DNA of 64,000 nt from Pseudomonadota bacterium (GTDB lineage Bacteria > Desulfobacterota > Desulfobacteria > Desulfobacterales > RPRI01): NCBI GenBank assembly GCA_043825875.1, contig JBDRRF010000079.1, positions 96,001 to 160,000 of the forward strand. The letters run 5' to 3'. Of the stretch, positions 48,681 to 58,996 are shown one piece after another. The translations under genes were made by a program, and so were the position numbers. Position 1 is the first letter of the stretch. Each line of letters opens with the position of its first letter. The notes under the pieces are model-generated. The model saw only the letters and a list, made by a program, of their open reading frames with translations, ran no database searches and was not told where the DNA came from.

Positions 48681-50630
48681 TTATTCCGGTTTTTTCATAG
48701 GAAAAAGTTTTGCTATTATAAAAAGCATTATCAAAGTCACAAGTCCAAGCACAGCATAAAGCCCCCATGGTCTGTTGCTAAACAATTGATCAATGGTTTT
48801 TTCCCAGCTTCTCGGTTTAAACTGTTCCATACCGGCCATCTGTATTTTATTGGGAAGGTGTCCAAGAAGATCCGACTGAACCATCGAAAGATCATAATCA
48901 GGAGCCTGTGTATCGGGATTGCCACCGTAAAGCAGATAAACCCCTTTTTCCTGCGCTATAAAATTGATGGAAGGTGCCTCATAACTTGCTGTAATCCGAT
49001 GTATTTTTATCGGCTGATTATCTCCATGGAAAATATTGACCCGAAGCCGGTTCCGGTCATCAGGGTATGCAGATAGATTTATTGTAAATACGCTATCACC
49101 GGTATCATAATTTTGCCATTTCAGTTTCTTCCAATGATTCCAGCCCATATTGCCCGGTTTTGGAATCTCAAGTAGTACTTCCCGTTTAAAAATTCCTGAA
49201 GAATGCAAACTAAGATTTGACCAGAGTGAAGAGGTCTGTGGAAGATGTATGGTTAGTGTGGTAAGGTTTTTTTCAGGATCATATTCTGATTGTGAAAAAG
49301 CAGAAAGATCCACTTTTTTATTTTCTTTTTTTGCGAAAAAAAACGGTGTCTGGATATCGTCTTTTACCAGCCGGATACCGGATCTGTTTTTTTCAAGGCT
49401 TGCCGCCATATCAAGAACAAGGCTGTAATAACCGGGTTTAAGAACATCGATTTTTGATTTCCATGCAAAACCATTGTCATCAAAAGGGCCTCCCTTGATT
49501 CCATATTTTTCAACAAGGTTTTCAGGGCGAAGATTTTTATTTATCTCAGGATTTGAAAATGAAATCGTATGATCAACGGGCCTTTTTCTTTCTCTTGGGA
49601 ATTGTGATATCTTCGCATGTTTCCCTGTGCCGCTTTTTAAAATATACATGCCTTTTGTGTCTGCCAAAAAAACAATGCGCGGCAATCTTACCTTTACTTT
49701 TAAATCCGAAACATCTCCTATATAAGCTCCATTCGGATCAAGCCTTACTATTAGACTCTTACCAGACCATGTTCTTTCAACATCAAAGGAAAGTCTTTGC
49801 CTGTCTTTTGTAACACTGGAAATTCTGCCATTTAAAATCCTTGAAAACTTTTGTTCTCCATTTTCAATTTTATCTGTTCCGATCTGCCACACGCCTTGAA
49901 ACTGGGCTTGTGTTGAAATATTAACAGAGCGAATAAAAATTCCCGAACCCGGAAGTACTGTTTTGACAAAGGTTATACCGTTGGTTTCGGATTTTTCATA
50001 AACGGGCGTAATTATATCTTCAATATAGTCTTTGCCGTACCTTTCTCCTGAAAGAAATACTTCCATAACAGGAGTAAATTTATTTTCATACTTTTTATCA
50101 AATCCTTTGAAATGGACTCTTATTTTCTGATACACATTTTTATCAATTTGCATTTCGGCACGTGATTGGTTGTTCGCTTTAAAAAGCACCTGATTTTTTT
50201 TCAATGACACCCATCCATTGTCACAAAACCCATCAACATCCACCCTGCTGACAAAACTATCATCTGCTATTTCAACATGAATGAGATCTGAGCTTACCTC
50301 CTGTTCCGTTTTTCCTTCCCAGATATAATCTCCATCTTTTCCAAAACTCATTTCCATCGGTGCCAGTTTAATACGGGTGGGTCCGACAGGCTCGCGCCAA
50401 TACAGTTCAAATGAACGCAAATGTCCGTCCGGCCCCGTTAATTCAAGATCAAGACCGCCTGCTAATGTTTTTACATAAAGTTCGGGCGGAAGAACCGCTT
50501 CCACAATACCGGGTTCTGCTATATTCAAATGTGCCTTTGCCAGCCACTCGTTGTTTCCTGCATAAAGAGATGTAACAAGAGATAACCACAAGATTAAGAA
50601 CAAATTGAATTGTAAAAGTTTATGTTTCAT
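48681..50630 (-). CDS. Exported protein with a C-terminal anchor, DUF3999-like
   Basis: Signal peptide; GDNQPI, YLLYGGNP..APDYDL; C-terminal TM; overlaps the DUF2339 gene. Confidence 0.6.
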   Translation of the reverse strand: MKHKLLQFNLFLILWLSLVTSLYAGNNEWLAKAHLNIAEPGIVEAVLPPELYVKTLAGGLDLELTGPDGHLRSFELYWREPVGPTRIKLAPMEMSFGKDGDYIWEGKTEQEVSSDLIHVEIADDSFVSRVDVDGFCDNGWVSLKKNQVLFKANNQSRAEMQIDKNVYQKIRVHFKGFDKKYENKFTPVMEVFLSGERYGKDYIEDIITPVYEKSETNGITFVKTVLPGSGIFIRSVNISTQAQFQGVWQIGTDKIENGEQKFSRILNGRISSVTKDRQRLSFDVERTWSGKSLIVRLDPNGAYIGDVSDLKVKVRLPRIVFLADTKGMYILKSGTGKHAKISQFPRERKRPVDHTISFSNPEINKNLRPENLVEKYGIKGGPFDDNGFAWKSKIDVLKPGYYSLVLDMAASLEKNRSGIRLVKDDIQTPFFFAKKENKKVDLSAFSQSEYDPEKNLTTLTIHLPQTSSLWSNLSLHSSGIFKREVLLEIPKPGNMGWNHWKKLKWQNYDTGDSVFTINLSAYPDDRNRLRVNIFHGDNQPIKIHRITASYEAPSINFIAQEKGVYLLYGGNPDTQAPDYDLSMVQSDLLGHLPNKIQMAGMEQFKPRSWEKTIDQLFSNRPWGLYAVLGLVTLIMLFIIAKLFPMKKPE

Positions 50631-53600
50631 TTTGTTTTTCCCCTGATAAAAATCGCTGATAAAGAAAAGAGACTAAAATCAATACAACGGCAAGGCCCAC
50701 AAATGCACCTACTCTGTATAGTTGGCCCAGTTTCCAGAGATCCAGTGTAAATATCTTAACGGATGTCCCAACAAGAAGTATAATAGCAGCCCAGCGGACT
50801 TTTATATTATCCCATTTGATGCCAACTATCATAAGACCTATTGAAAAAACCAGCCAGCCTATGCTGTATGCAAGCTGCATTGAAAGACTTCCATGTGTCA
50901 GCATGGAAAAGGGCCTTCCTTTTAACGCAAAGGCACTGGCTATTTCTATGTTTAATACGGTAAATGTGACAACCGCCAATATAACACCCAAAAAAGCTCT
51001 GGGTTGAAAATCCGTTATGGGCCAGAGCTGTTTCCAATTTCTTAATGTAAGATAGACAAGGCTTGAAATCACAAAAAGGAAAAGCAATGATGGGAGATTT
51101 AAAAGAGGCGTCATATCTCCGAATTCTGCCCTGAAGTAGTAAGGGAAAAACAGCGTTTTGATAATGCCCAACAGGATCAGGATTACTCCTGCAAATCTGA
51201 ACGGCCGGTCAAGCCGCTTCGGCCAGAGCAGAAGTCCAAGCCCGTATATGAACCAGCCTACAGCAGATGCCAAAGCTTTGGGCGCTGTGCTGGAATGAAA
51301 CAGCTCGAAGGAAAGACCAGGTTGTAAAATGGTGGCAGAAGATAATTTTAATAACATAAACCCGCTTACTAAAAAAATTGCCAGAAAAGTATTCTTCAAA
51401 CCGAACCCGGATTCTTTCAAAGGCTCTTTTATAAAAAGATAATACATTATTGCCATAAGCATAAGATATGAAATAAAGGACGGATTGAAAAACGGCCTCA
51501 TATGACCGATTGACTTCGGCAGTAATGCCGGAAGAATAATAATCACAAATGCTCCGGCAAATGACAGGCATAATCCCACAATGCACATAATCGTTGGCAA
51601 AGCACGCCTGCGCCACAATATAGCTCCAAATGCCGTCCAGGTGAGGGCATAGCATATCCAGTGCAAATAGTTTTTGCCGGGAAACACCATAAATTTTGTG
51701 CCGTGTGTTGCGAAAAGATCGGATATAATCAGGTTTACCAGATAAAAACCAGTACCGACTGCAAGCCACAGGAAATATTCGGGAAGATCCAGCTTTTTCC
51801 CTATTGTTCTATCAGGATATGATGACAGTTTGACTGCTGCACCCAGAGCAATAATGGATGCGGCTACCGATATCACAGCGCTGTTAATAACAGACATACT
51901 ATCTGTAACTTTTAACAAAGGAATGTTTATAAAAAGAATAATCAACCCTGCTGGTGCCAGGAAAGAAGCTGTCCATCTTAAGCCCGGATGTTCTATTCTC
52001 CTGTTAAGCCAGAGCAATGCAGCCGCTTCAAATACAAATGCTATTCCTATCCAGCCGTGATTCAAAACAATAACAGGAAGGGCGGAAATATAAAAAAGCA
52101 AAGCCCCGCCATGAAAAGCCAAAATAGTGTTTCGTTCTTCTTTGTCTTTCAATCTTTTTATCAAAATACTTACAACCGGAAGCTTGAACAATGCAAGTAC
52201 AAGAGGAGTCCATTTCATCAGAGGATCGTTCCAATACAAAGAAGTTGAATAAAGAACAAATACCCCCTGGAACACCTCAAACAAAGCCCAGGCATTAAAT
52301 ATCTGCTTCCATTTTTCTATTTCTTTAAAACCCAAAAACGGAACAATCAGTGCACAACAAAATAATCCCGAAGACCATGCAACAGCTGCAAACAAAAGGT
52401 TCATATCCTTGTTTGGGCTCATTACCCATATAGCCTGAGTAAAAACAGAAGCCAGAAGAGCCAATACGGCCGGTGGCTGAAACATGATTCTTTTGCTTAA
52501 AAATAAAGTCAGCACAAGAAAACATACCATTGTCAACATACCCGGATGGGGAAAATATGGATGTTTTACTATAAATGCAGCTCCCAGAAGAACAAATGCT
52601 CCAACCGCAGGTGTGGCAACAATCCATTGTTCGAGATTTTTTGCTTTTAAATCTATGGATTCTTTTTCAGGCAAAACCCTTTCAGGGAAAGAATCGGCTA
52701 AAATGTCGGGCAGTTTTTTTATAAAAACAAAAATTGCTACAGACAACAATATTCCTGAAAAAAGGATAAAGCCGAAAAAGCCGAAACCCAACACGCCTTG
52801 CGGAAAATTAAAAACCCAGTAAAGACCGCAGGCAATAAACAGTAATACAAGCAGGCATATCTGAATAAAAGCTTTTACCAAAAGACTTATGCCTATTCCA
52901 AGTAATTGCAGGCAAAGCAGCATGGGCCAGAACCAGAAGGATATAACCGGCGCCCTGAAAAAGCCGATCATACTTATAGCTACAATGGAAACCGGAAAAA
53001 GCCTGAACCAGTGTATTATCTTTTTATCAAACCCGTATTTTTTTATTAACAATATTGGGCCTAATCCTCCGGCAACACCATACAGAAGAAACAAAACTAA
53101 ATTAAAGGAAAAATATTGGGGGTTAAATCTCAATACTGCCCAGATGAAAGCAATGATAAATGTGACAACTGAAAACGGGATTACATCTGCATACCACCCG
53201 CGATTTCTATGCGCTAATATGATTGCCCCGGAGACTGATGCCGTTAATATAAAAAGCGCACCCCAGCCGGTTTTTACTATAAGCACAGCAGCCATGATCA
53301 GGGCAGAAATATACAAAAGTCTTCCCATCCATCGCGTTGTCTGATTTTCTTCCGGATCAATATTTGACCATCCCAGAAAGACAGAAAACAAGGCAAGATT
53401 TGCCACCCATACGCAAGCAATGGTATGGCCCGGCAGTTTATAATAATATGAAATTATGCCAAGAGACAATGTAATAAGGGTTCCGGCGCATGCAGTCAAA
53501 AGCAGCATCTGTGATTTCAGATATCTTACAACCTGATAAACCCCGATGTTTACTATTGCCAGATAGGCAAATAGCATCACGATATCACCACTTCCGGTGC

Positions 53601-54441
53601 TAACAATAATAGGGGTTATATTAGCACCGATTACACCCATAACCGATATGGCAACTCCCTTATAATACACCGCCAAAACAAAAGCAGTTGCCGAAACCAG
53701 TGTAAGAAAAGCAAATCCTATCGGTTTTGTAATAAATTGATAATAAATCGCAGCATATATAATTGCATAAAGTACACCTATGCCGCATGAAACCAGCGTA
53801 TACCGCATAACCGTATACTTTTCATTTTTGATCCAATGAGATACAATAATCATTGCGATACCGGCTAAAGCCCCGGCAGCAAGGCGCAAACTTAAAGGAA
53901 TCAGATTATTATCTATAGAGTATTTTACGAAAAAACCGGCAGCAATAAATAATGAAAGCCCGCCAAGCCATGCCGATATTTTCTTCCCTGTAAATTGCTC
54001 CCAATCAACATTTTCCTTAAATTTTTTCCAGCGGACCGCCCAGTCGGATTTGGTTTTTTCCGGTTTTTTTCCCGATTCCGCTTTTTGATCTTCTTCAACC
54101 GCAATCGATTCATCGGTTTGTTGCACAGGAAGTGAGGGAGGTAATTTTAAGACGTGTGTTTGCGTGATTGGTTCATATTTCTTCTCAGGCTTGATTTCAG
54201 GTGGTATGACTACCGAAGGTTTTTCTTGGGCTTCAGTCTTTTGTTTCTGTTCAACTTTTTCTTCCGGTTCTGCGTACTTTTCTTTTTGTCCTTCTGCTCT
54301 ATCGGTATCAGGATGACGCAATTCCAGAATCTTTTTTTCAAGCATATCAATACGAAAATTTAGCGTATCCCGAATTTTGTTAAGCTTTGAATAGAAAAAG
54401 ATAACTATTCCAACAAAAAGCAGAAAAATATAAAAATTCAT
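50620..54441 (-). CDS. DUF2339-family large membrane protein
   Basis: WEQFTG...AWLGG...FFVKYSIDN; many TMs; C-terminal KIFTLDL..L..LYRV..F..L...SFLYQR. Confidence 0.85.
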   Translation of the reverse strand: MNFYIFLLFVGIVIFFYSKLNKIRDTLNFRIDMLEKKILELRHPDTDRAEGQKEKYAEPEEKVEQKQKTEAQEKPSVVIPPEIKPEKKYEPITQTHVLKLPPSLPVQQTDESIAVEEDQKAESGKKPEKTKSDWAVRWKKFKENVDWEQFTGKKISAWLGGLSLFIAAGFFVKYSIDNNLIPLSLRLAAGALAGIAMIIVSHWIKNEKYTVMRYTLVSCGIGVLYAIIYAAIYYQFITKPIGFAFLTLVSATAFVLAVYYKGVAISVMGVIGANITPIIVSTGSGDIVMLFAYLAIVNIGVYQVVRYLKSQMLLLTACAGTLITLSLGIISYYYKLPGHTIACVWVANLALFSVFLGWSNIDPEENQTTRWMGRLLYISALIMAAVLIVKTGWGALFILTASVSGAIILAHRNRGWYADVIPFSVVTFIIAFIWAVLRFNPQYFSFNLVLFLLYGVAGGLGPILLIKKYGFDKKIIHWFRLFPVSIVAISMIGFFRAPVISFWFWPMLLCLQLLGIGISLLVKAFIQICLLVLLFIACGLYWVFNFPQGVLGFGFFGFILFSGILLSVAIFVFIKKLPDILADSFPERVLPEKESIDLKAKNLEQWIVATPAVGAFVLLGAAFIVKHPYFPHPGMLTMVCFLVLTLFLSKRIMFQPPAVLALLASVFTQAIWVMSPNKDMNLLFAAVAWSSGLFCCALIVPFLGFKEIEKWKQIFNAWALFEVFQGVFVLYSTSLYWNDPLMKWTPLVLALFKLPVVSILIKRLKDKEERNTILAFHGGALLFYISALPVIVLNHGWIGIAFVFEAAALLWLNRRIEHPGLRWTASFLAPAGLIILFINIPLLKVTDSMSVINSAVISVAASIIALGAAVKLSSYPDRTIGKKLDLPEYFLWLAVGTGFYLVNLIISDLFATHGTKFMVFPGKNYLHWICYALTWTAFGAILWRRRALPTIMCIVGLCLSFAGAFVIIILPALLPKSIGHMRPFFNPSFISYLMLMAIMYYLFIKEPLKESGFGLKNTFLAIFLVSGFMLLKLSSATILQPGLSFELFHSSTAPKALASAVGWFIYGLGLLLWPKRLDRPFRFAGVILILLGIIKTLFFPYYFRAEFGDMTPLLNLPSLLFLFVISSLVYLTLRNWKQLWPITDFQPRAFLGVILAVVTFTVLNIEIASAFALKGRPFSMLTHGSLSMQLAYSIGWLVFSIGLMIVGIKWDNIKVRWAAIILLVGTSVKIFTLDLWKLGQLYRVGAFVGLAVVLILVSFLYQRFLSGEKQNET

Positions 54442-54457
54442 ATATTATCCTTTCACT

Positions 54458-54727
54458 TCACAAGATATATGCCTGATTCTTTTCTACTTCGATATGATTA
54501 TAGTCGATAGCAGTTTCAAGAACTGTGGCACATCCGCCTTCGATATTAGAGATGTCAGGGCTTTGACCCAGCATTGAATTGAGTGTTTTACTTTCACCCA
54601 TACGTACAAATTGAATAAGCGCTGTTGCTGATGCTAAAGGGGTAAAAAGAAAGGAATAAATAAGACAAACAAAAATTGCAGTAATGAATATGAAAAGGTA
54701 CCGGCTTTTACAGATAAAGGTTTCCAT
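54458..54727 (-). CDS. Short exported protein, possibly a truncated ankyrin repeat
   Basis: Signal peptide followed by ATVLETAIDYNHIEV. Confidence 0.35.
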   Translation of the reverse strand: METFICKSRYLFIFITAIFVCLIYSFLFTPLASATALIQFVRMGESKTLNSMLGQSPDISNIEGGCATVLETAIDYNHIEVEKNQAYIL

Positions 54728-54949
54728 TTCAATTATGTCCTTTTACTTTATCTTGAAAATGTACTCTTGCTTACCGATAAAATGATAACGCGAATAAATG
54801 TTTTGATTCACAGAAAGTACCTAACCCGTCAATAAAAGAGCAATTCATAAAAAATGAATATTGTAGCTGATTTTCGGCATTTAAATATCAGATACTATCA
54901 ATATTGTCAACAACAAACCCATTTAAATAACAGAGAAATAAATACTACG

Positions 54950-55261
54950 TTAGACAAACCAGCATCCGTTAGTAAATTGGCAATCTAATGAATCCAAGGC
55001 CATATGAATTACCAGCCCAATGCCTATATATCGCAGTTTTGGGATGAAACAAAGAGCAGCATAAATTGCTATGGGCAAAAATCCATGTAAAGGATGGAAG
55101 CCGATACCGCAACGCCACGGATCATACACCGGACTTGCGATAAGATGATCAATGTCTACAAGTATTGTGGAAACCATTACAAAATAGGCTGTTTTCCAAT
55201 CCCGCCGGAAAAACAGGCCGACTATAATTGCCGGAACAAGAAAATGTAAAAAAATATGTAT
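54950..55261 (-). CDS. DUF6122-like membrane protein (start codon defective or non-canonical)
   Basis: Frame reads IHIFLHFLVP...MVSTILVDIDHL.A.PVYDP.RCGIGFHPLH...HMALD; the upstream ATG is out of frame. Confidence 0.65.
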   Translation of the reverse strand: MHIFLHFLVPAIIVGLFFRRDWKTAYFVMVSTILVDIDHLIASPVYDPWRCGIGFHPLHGFLPIAIYAALCFIPKLRYIGIGLVIHMALDSLDCQFTNGCWFV

Positions 55262-55368
55262 AACATACTCCTTCTGTTTATTGGACGACTATTCTTTTTA
55301 GAGCAACAATCTTTCAGCAAAATATTTTATTTATACTCATTTGTTTTATGAGAAGTTTTGGATTGATT

Positions 55369-57027
55369 TCATAGTGCCCTGTCTTCTATCCCCATATCTT
55401 TCAACAGGTTTGTTCTAACGGTCAATTTATCCGCTTTACCGCTGGGAAGTAAAGGTAATGGCAATGACTGAATTTTGATAATGTCTGGTTTTTTGTAATT
55501 CGCAAGGTTTTCACTAAACCTTAAGCGAACATCTTCTTCAGTCAAAAGCATTCCATCTTTTACAACAATATTTAGAAACGTTTTTTCACCCAGAACATTA
55601 TCCGGATAACTGACCAAAACTGCTGTATTTACTTCAGGCATATTCATAACAAAAGCCTCGATTTCACCCGGATAGATATTAAAGCCACCTCTCATGATTA
55701 TCTCTTTTTTACGGCTAACCAGTTGAATGTTTCCCTGTTCATCAATAAACTTGGCCATATCACCGGAATGCCAAAAGCCTTGACTATCTTTTTCTTTTTT
55801 TGTCAAATCCGGTTTGTTCCAGTAAAATTTAAAAATAGATGGCCCCTTAAACCATAATTCACCAACCCCCCCTCTTGGCAATTCATCACCTTTCTCATCA
55901 CAAATTTTTAATTCAACATTTGAAAGCGTTCTGCCTAGAGTATTATATGCAATTTCTTCCGGGTCATCTCTTCGGGTCATTAATACTCCACCGGCTTCTG
56001 AGCTTCCCATAAGCTGAAGAAGACATATGTCATATATTTTCTTAAAAAGTTTCATTTGTTCAGGAGGTGCATAATATCCAACAGTTATACCGAATTTAAA
56101 AGAGGAAAGGTCACAATTTGAAAGTTCCGGCATTTTTATAATCGGCAGCATATACATTGTAGGAACACCGGTAAACCATGTAACTTTTTCTTTTTCTATA
56201 AGGTCTATAAATAAGAAAGGGTCATAGGTTTCCATTAAAACAATTTTTTGTCCTAGTAAAAAAGCTACATTAAAAAATATCTCAATTCCTGTCATATGAG
56301 CCCAGGGCGCTGCAAGAAGTAGTATATCCTTTTGTGTTAAAAACCATACTTCTTTTATAAATGCCTTGGAGTTGCAAAGCAGAGAATCATGGGAATGCAC
56401 AACCCCTTTAGGAACACCTGTTGTACCCGAAGTATACAATATCAACAGTTCATCGGATGACTCAGGCCTGTTTGCCTCCATTTTTGATAAATCAGTGGTC
56501 GCAGTGTTGACAAGACTATCAAAAGAAAGAAAAGGCTCTTTAACAAAAGTATCTTTTCCATAAACAATTATATGTTCAAGAGTAGGAGTTTTTTCTTTTA
56601 TTTCTTTCGCAGCTTTTGAAAAGTTAAAATTGTCAAATTCATCAACCGTTACCAAAATCTTGCAACCGGAATCTTTTACAAAATATTCAAGCTCCATCTT
56701 ACGATAACGGGAATTGATTGGAACTGCTACTATCCCGACTCTTACAGCCGCAAACCAGGCAATCAATACTTCCGGATGGTTCGGGCCCCAAATTCCCAGC
56801 CGGTCTCCTTTTTTCATACCAAGGCTAAGAAGGTTCGGTGCCAGATTTTTGGTCAATAGATCCAGTTCCTTCCAGCTTATTCTTCTATCTCCGTATACAA
56901 TCACCGTTTCATCCGGTTTTTGTTTTACCCATTTATCAAGAATATCTCCGGCAGTCTCTCCCTCGGTTTTTGTCCAATATTTTGAATAATCGACATTACT
57001 ACTCATCTTATTAAATTCCTGTACCAT
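55369..57027 (-). CDS. AMP-forming acyl-CoA synthetase (class I adenylate-forming enzyme)
   Basis: LYTSGTTGVPKGV, GSSE, WHSGD, RKKEIIMRGG.NIYP.EIE, SGK. Confidence 0.93.
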   Translation of the reverse strand: MVQEFNKMSSNVDYSKYWTKTEGETAGDILDKWVKQKPDETVIVYGDRRISWKELDLLTKNLAPNLLSLGMKKGDRLGIWGPNHPEVLIAWFAAVRVGIVAVPINSRYRKMELEYFVKDSGCKILVTVDEFDNFNFSKAAKEIKEKTPTLEHIIVYGKDTFVKEPFLSFDSLVNTATTDLSKMEANRPESSDELLILYTSGTTGVPKGVVHSHDSLLCNSKAFIKEVWFLTQKDILLLAAPWAHMTGIEIFFNVAFLLGQKIVLMETYDPFLFIDLIEKEKVTWFTGVPTMYMLPIIKMPELSNCDLSSFKFGITVGYYAPPEQMKLFKKIYDICLLQLMGSSEAGGVLMTRRDDPEEIAYNTLGRTLSNVELKICDEKGDELPRGGVGELWFKGPSIFKFYWNKPDLTKKEKDSQGFWHSGDMAKFIDEQGNIQLVSRKKEIIMRGGFNIYPGEIEAFVMNMPEVNTAVLVSYPDNVLGEKTFLNIVVKDGMLLTEEDVRLRFSENLANYKKPDIIKIQSLPLPLLPSGKADKLTVRTNLLKDMGIEDRAL

Positions 57028-57048
57028 TTTATTACAAGCTACATTACT

Positions 57049-58182
57049 TCAGCTCAGGCTCAATTGGGAAAGCCATTTATGGGCAATCCTTATTTCAGCA
57101 CCATTTGGATAAGTTTTTTCTCTTTTCAGTTCCTTTGTCACCTGTATCATTTTTATTCGTGGAAAATATTTTTTAAATATTTCAAAATTTGAACTCAGAT
57201 TTTCATCATTCCATTTTACTTCTATCATTAATGAAGGAGAATTATCAGTTGTTATACAAAAATCAATTTCTTTACCATCTTTATTCATTAAATAGTAGAG
57301 TTGTTTTGTTTCTCCAAAACAATCTTCAAAAAAATGAATTTGTTTTTGTAAGGCGCATGCAACAGTATTTTCCAGCTTAATACCTAAATCTCCTACCACT
57401 TGCCCTGTATCGTAAAAATAGAATTTGGGCGTTTTTTGAATCGCCCGGGCAATGTTTTTATGGAATGGAGACACTTTAAAAATGACATACATGTTTTCAA
57501 GTATTGTCAGCCACCGTTTGACTGTTTTATCCGAGCATTGAAGATCCCGGGCCAGAGAACTGTATGATACAGGGCTGCCCACTCTATTTTTTAACAATTG
57601 GATAAGAGTTTCTATCTGTACGATCTGTTGAACATTTTCAAGATCAATCAGATCCTGTTTCAAGATGATATCAAGATGCGATTTTTTCCAGCGGTTATAA
57701 AATCTTGTTGTACCGGCAAGAAACGGTTCGGGAAAACCGCCCAAAGCCAATAGCTTATCAAGTTCATCCTCAAGGTTTTCCGGCGATAAAAAATCACGAA
57801 TTTCCTTTAAATCCAAAGGATGCATTCTGAACTGGAAAAATCTGCCTGCCAAAGAATCGCCCACTTTTTTACACGTATCAAGTTTAGCGCTTCCTGTAAC
57901 AACTATAGACGGAGAAATGCCTTCCGTATCATAAATGCCTTTAAGCCAAGATTTCCAGTTTTTTAACTTATGAAGCTCATCAAAAATGACAAGTTCTTTT
58001 GATCGATCCCAGGATTTCTTTTGCAGATTTAAACGGTCATCTATATTATCAAAGTTGAAATAATCAAATTCGGTTTTCAACATTTTAGACAATGTAGTTT
58101 TTCCGGTTTGTCTTGGTCCGCTCAGCAGTATAATTTTTTTATCTATATCTTCTTTAATATATTTTGCAAGGTATCTTTCCAT
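57049..58182 (-). CDS. AAA_14 ATPase with a DUF4143 (nuclease-like) C-terminus
   Basis: GPRQTGKTT, FDE, VTGS, SLAGR, GGFPE, KFYFYDTG, EIDF..IEVK. Confidence 0.9.
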   Translation of the reverse strand: MERYLAKYIKEDIDKKIILLSGPRQTGKTTLSKMLKTEFDYFNFDNIDDRLNLQKKSWDRSKELVIFDELHKLKNWKSWLKGIYDTEGISPSIVVTGSAKLDTCKKVGDSLAGRFFQFRMHPLDLKEIRDFLSPENLEDELDKLLALGGFPEPFLAGTTRFYNRWKKSHLDIILKQDLIDLENVQQIVQIETLIQLLKNRVGSPVSYSSLARDLQCSDKTVKRWLTILENMYVIFKVSPFHKNIARAIQKTPKFYFYDTGQVVGDLGIKLENTVACALQKQIHFFEDCFGETKQLYYLMNKDGKEIDFCITTDNSPSLMIEVKWNDENLSSNFEIFKKYFPRIKMIQVTKELKREKTYPNGAEIRIAHKWLSQLSLS

Positions 58183-58189
58183 AACGACT

Positions 58190-58229
58190 ATTATGGCATG
58201 CACTCCGAAATAGTCAAGACTTTTTCGGA
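58190..58229 (-). promoter_or_regulatory. Promoter with an inverted-repeat operator (leaderless)
   Basis: TTGACT-16 bp-CATAAT-7 bp-ATG; 12-bp inverted repeat at 58204-58229 (one mismatch) covering the -35 box. Confidence 0.55.
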
Positions 58230-58550
58230 ATGTATACCGAATTAACCGTATTTATTTAAGTGAATATTATGTAATATAATAAAGCAAATTAAATACATAT
58301 GCGATTTGTATCTTTGTGGTCTTAAACAAAATGCCAGGGATTTTCTTAAGCGGTTAGGATATCTTGACAGTATTGGGACTGATCATATCTCACCTTGCCT
58401 TAGGATTATCTTTATGCTAATGAAATTAAATATTAACAAAGATTAAAACTCCATGCAGCAAACAGAGTTATCCTCCTACTGTAAGACTTTTAATTTAATT
58501 GCTCTTGTTATATTCAAAAAACCCCGAGTGGGAAAATAAAGGAGGGAAGC

Positions 58551-58673
58551 ATGTCTAAATTTTTTTCGCAAGGGATGATAGGGAAGCTGGAACTAAATAA
58601 CAGGATGATTCGCACGGCATCCCATGAAGGACTGGCCGACTTGTATGGGGCACCAACGGAGTAACAATTCCAG
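58551..58673 (+). pseudogene. NADH:flavin oxidoreductase (OYE family), N-terminal fragment
   Basis: AAGGAGG RBS; MSKFFSQGMIGKLELNNRMIRTASHEGLADLYGAPTE*. Confidence 0.7.
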
Positions 58674-58985
58674 TGAACAGCGTGCAGACTTCCGGCCGGT
58701 GTCTCATTGCGAGAGAGCTTGGAGAACCTTTGTAGATGAGAAAGCAAAAGACAGCCATTAGAGCCGGTGCGCTCATCGACTTTGCCTTGAAATGGAAATC
58801 CATAAACTGGAAATATGCAATGAGTCAGGTCAGAAGGCTGCAAGTACCTATCGCAAAGGCTGTTAAGGAAAGCAGGTGGAATAAAACTAAATCACTACAA
58901 TATCTGTTAACCCGCTCTCTCTACGCCAAGTTACTGGCTGTGAAGCGAGTGACCTCCAACAAGGGGAAAAAGACTCCCGGCTACC
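58674..58985 (+). mobile_element. Group II intron fragment (RT N-terminal RVT_N region only)
   Basis: WKSINW...VRRLQ..IAKA....RW....LQ.LL..S..AKLLAVKRVTSNKGKKTPG, then an abrupt end; no YADD core. Confidence 0.85.
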
Positions 58986-58996
58986 AGGTGAATCTC

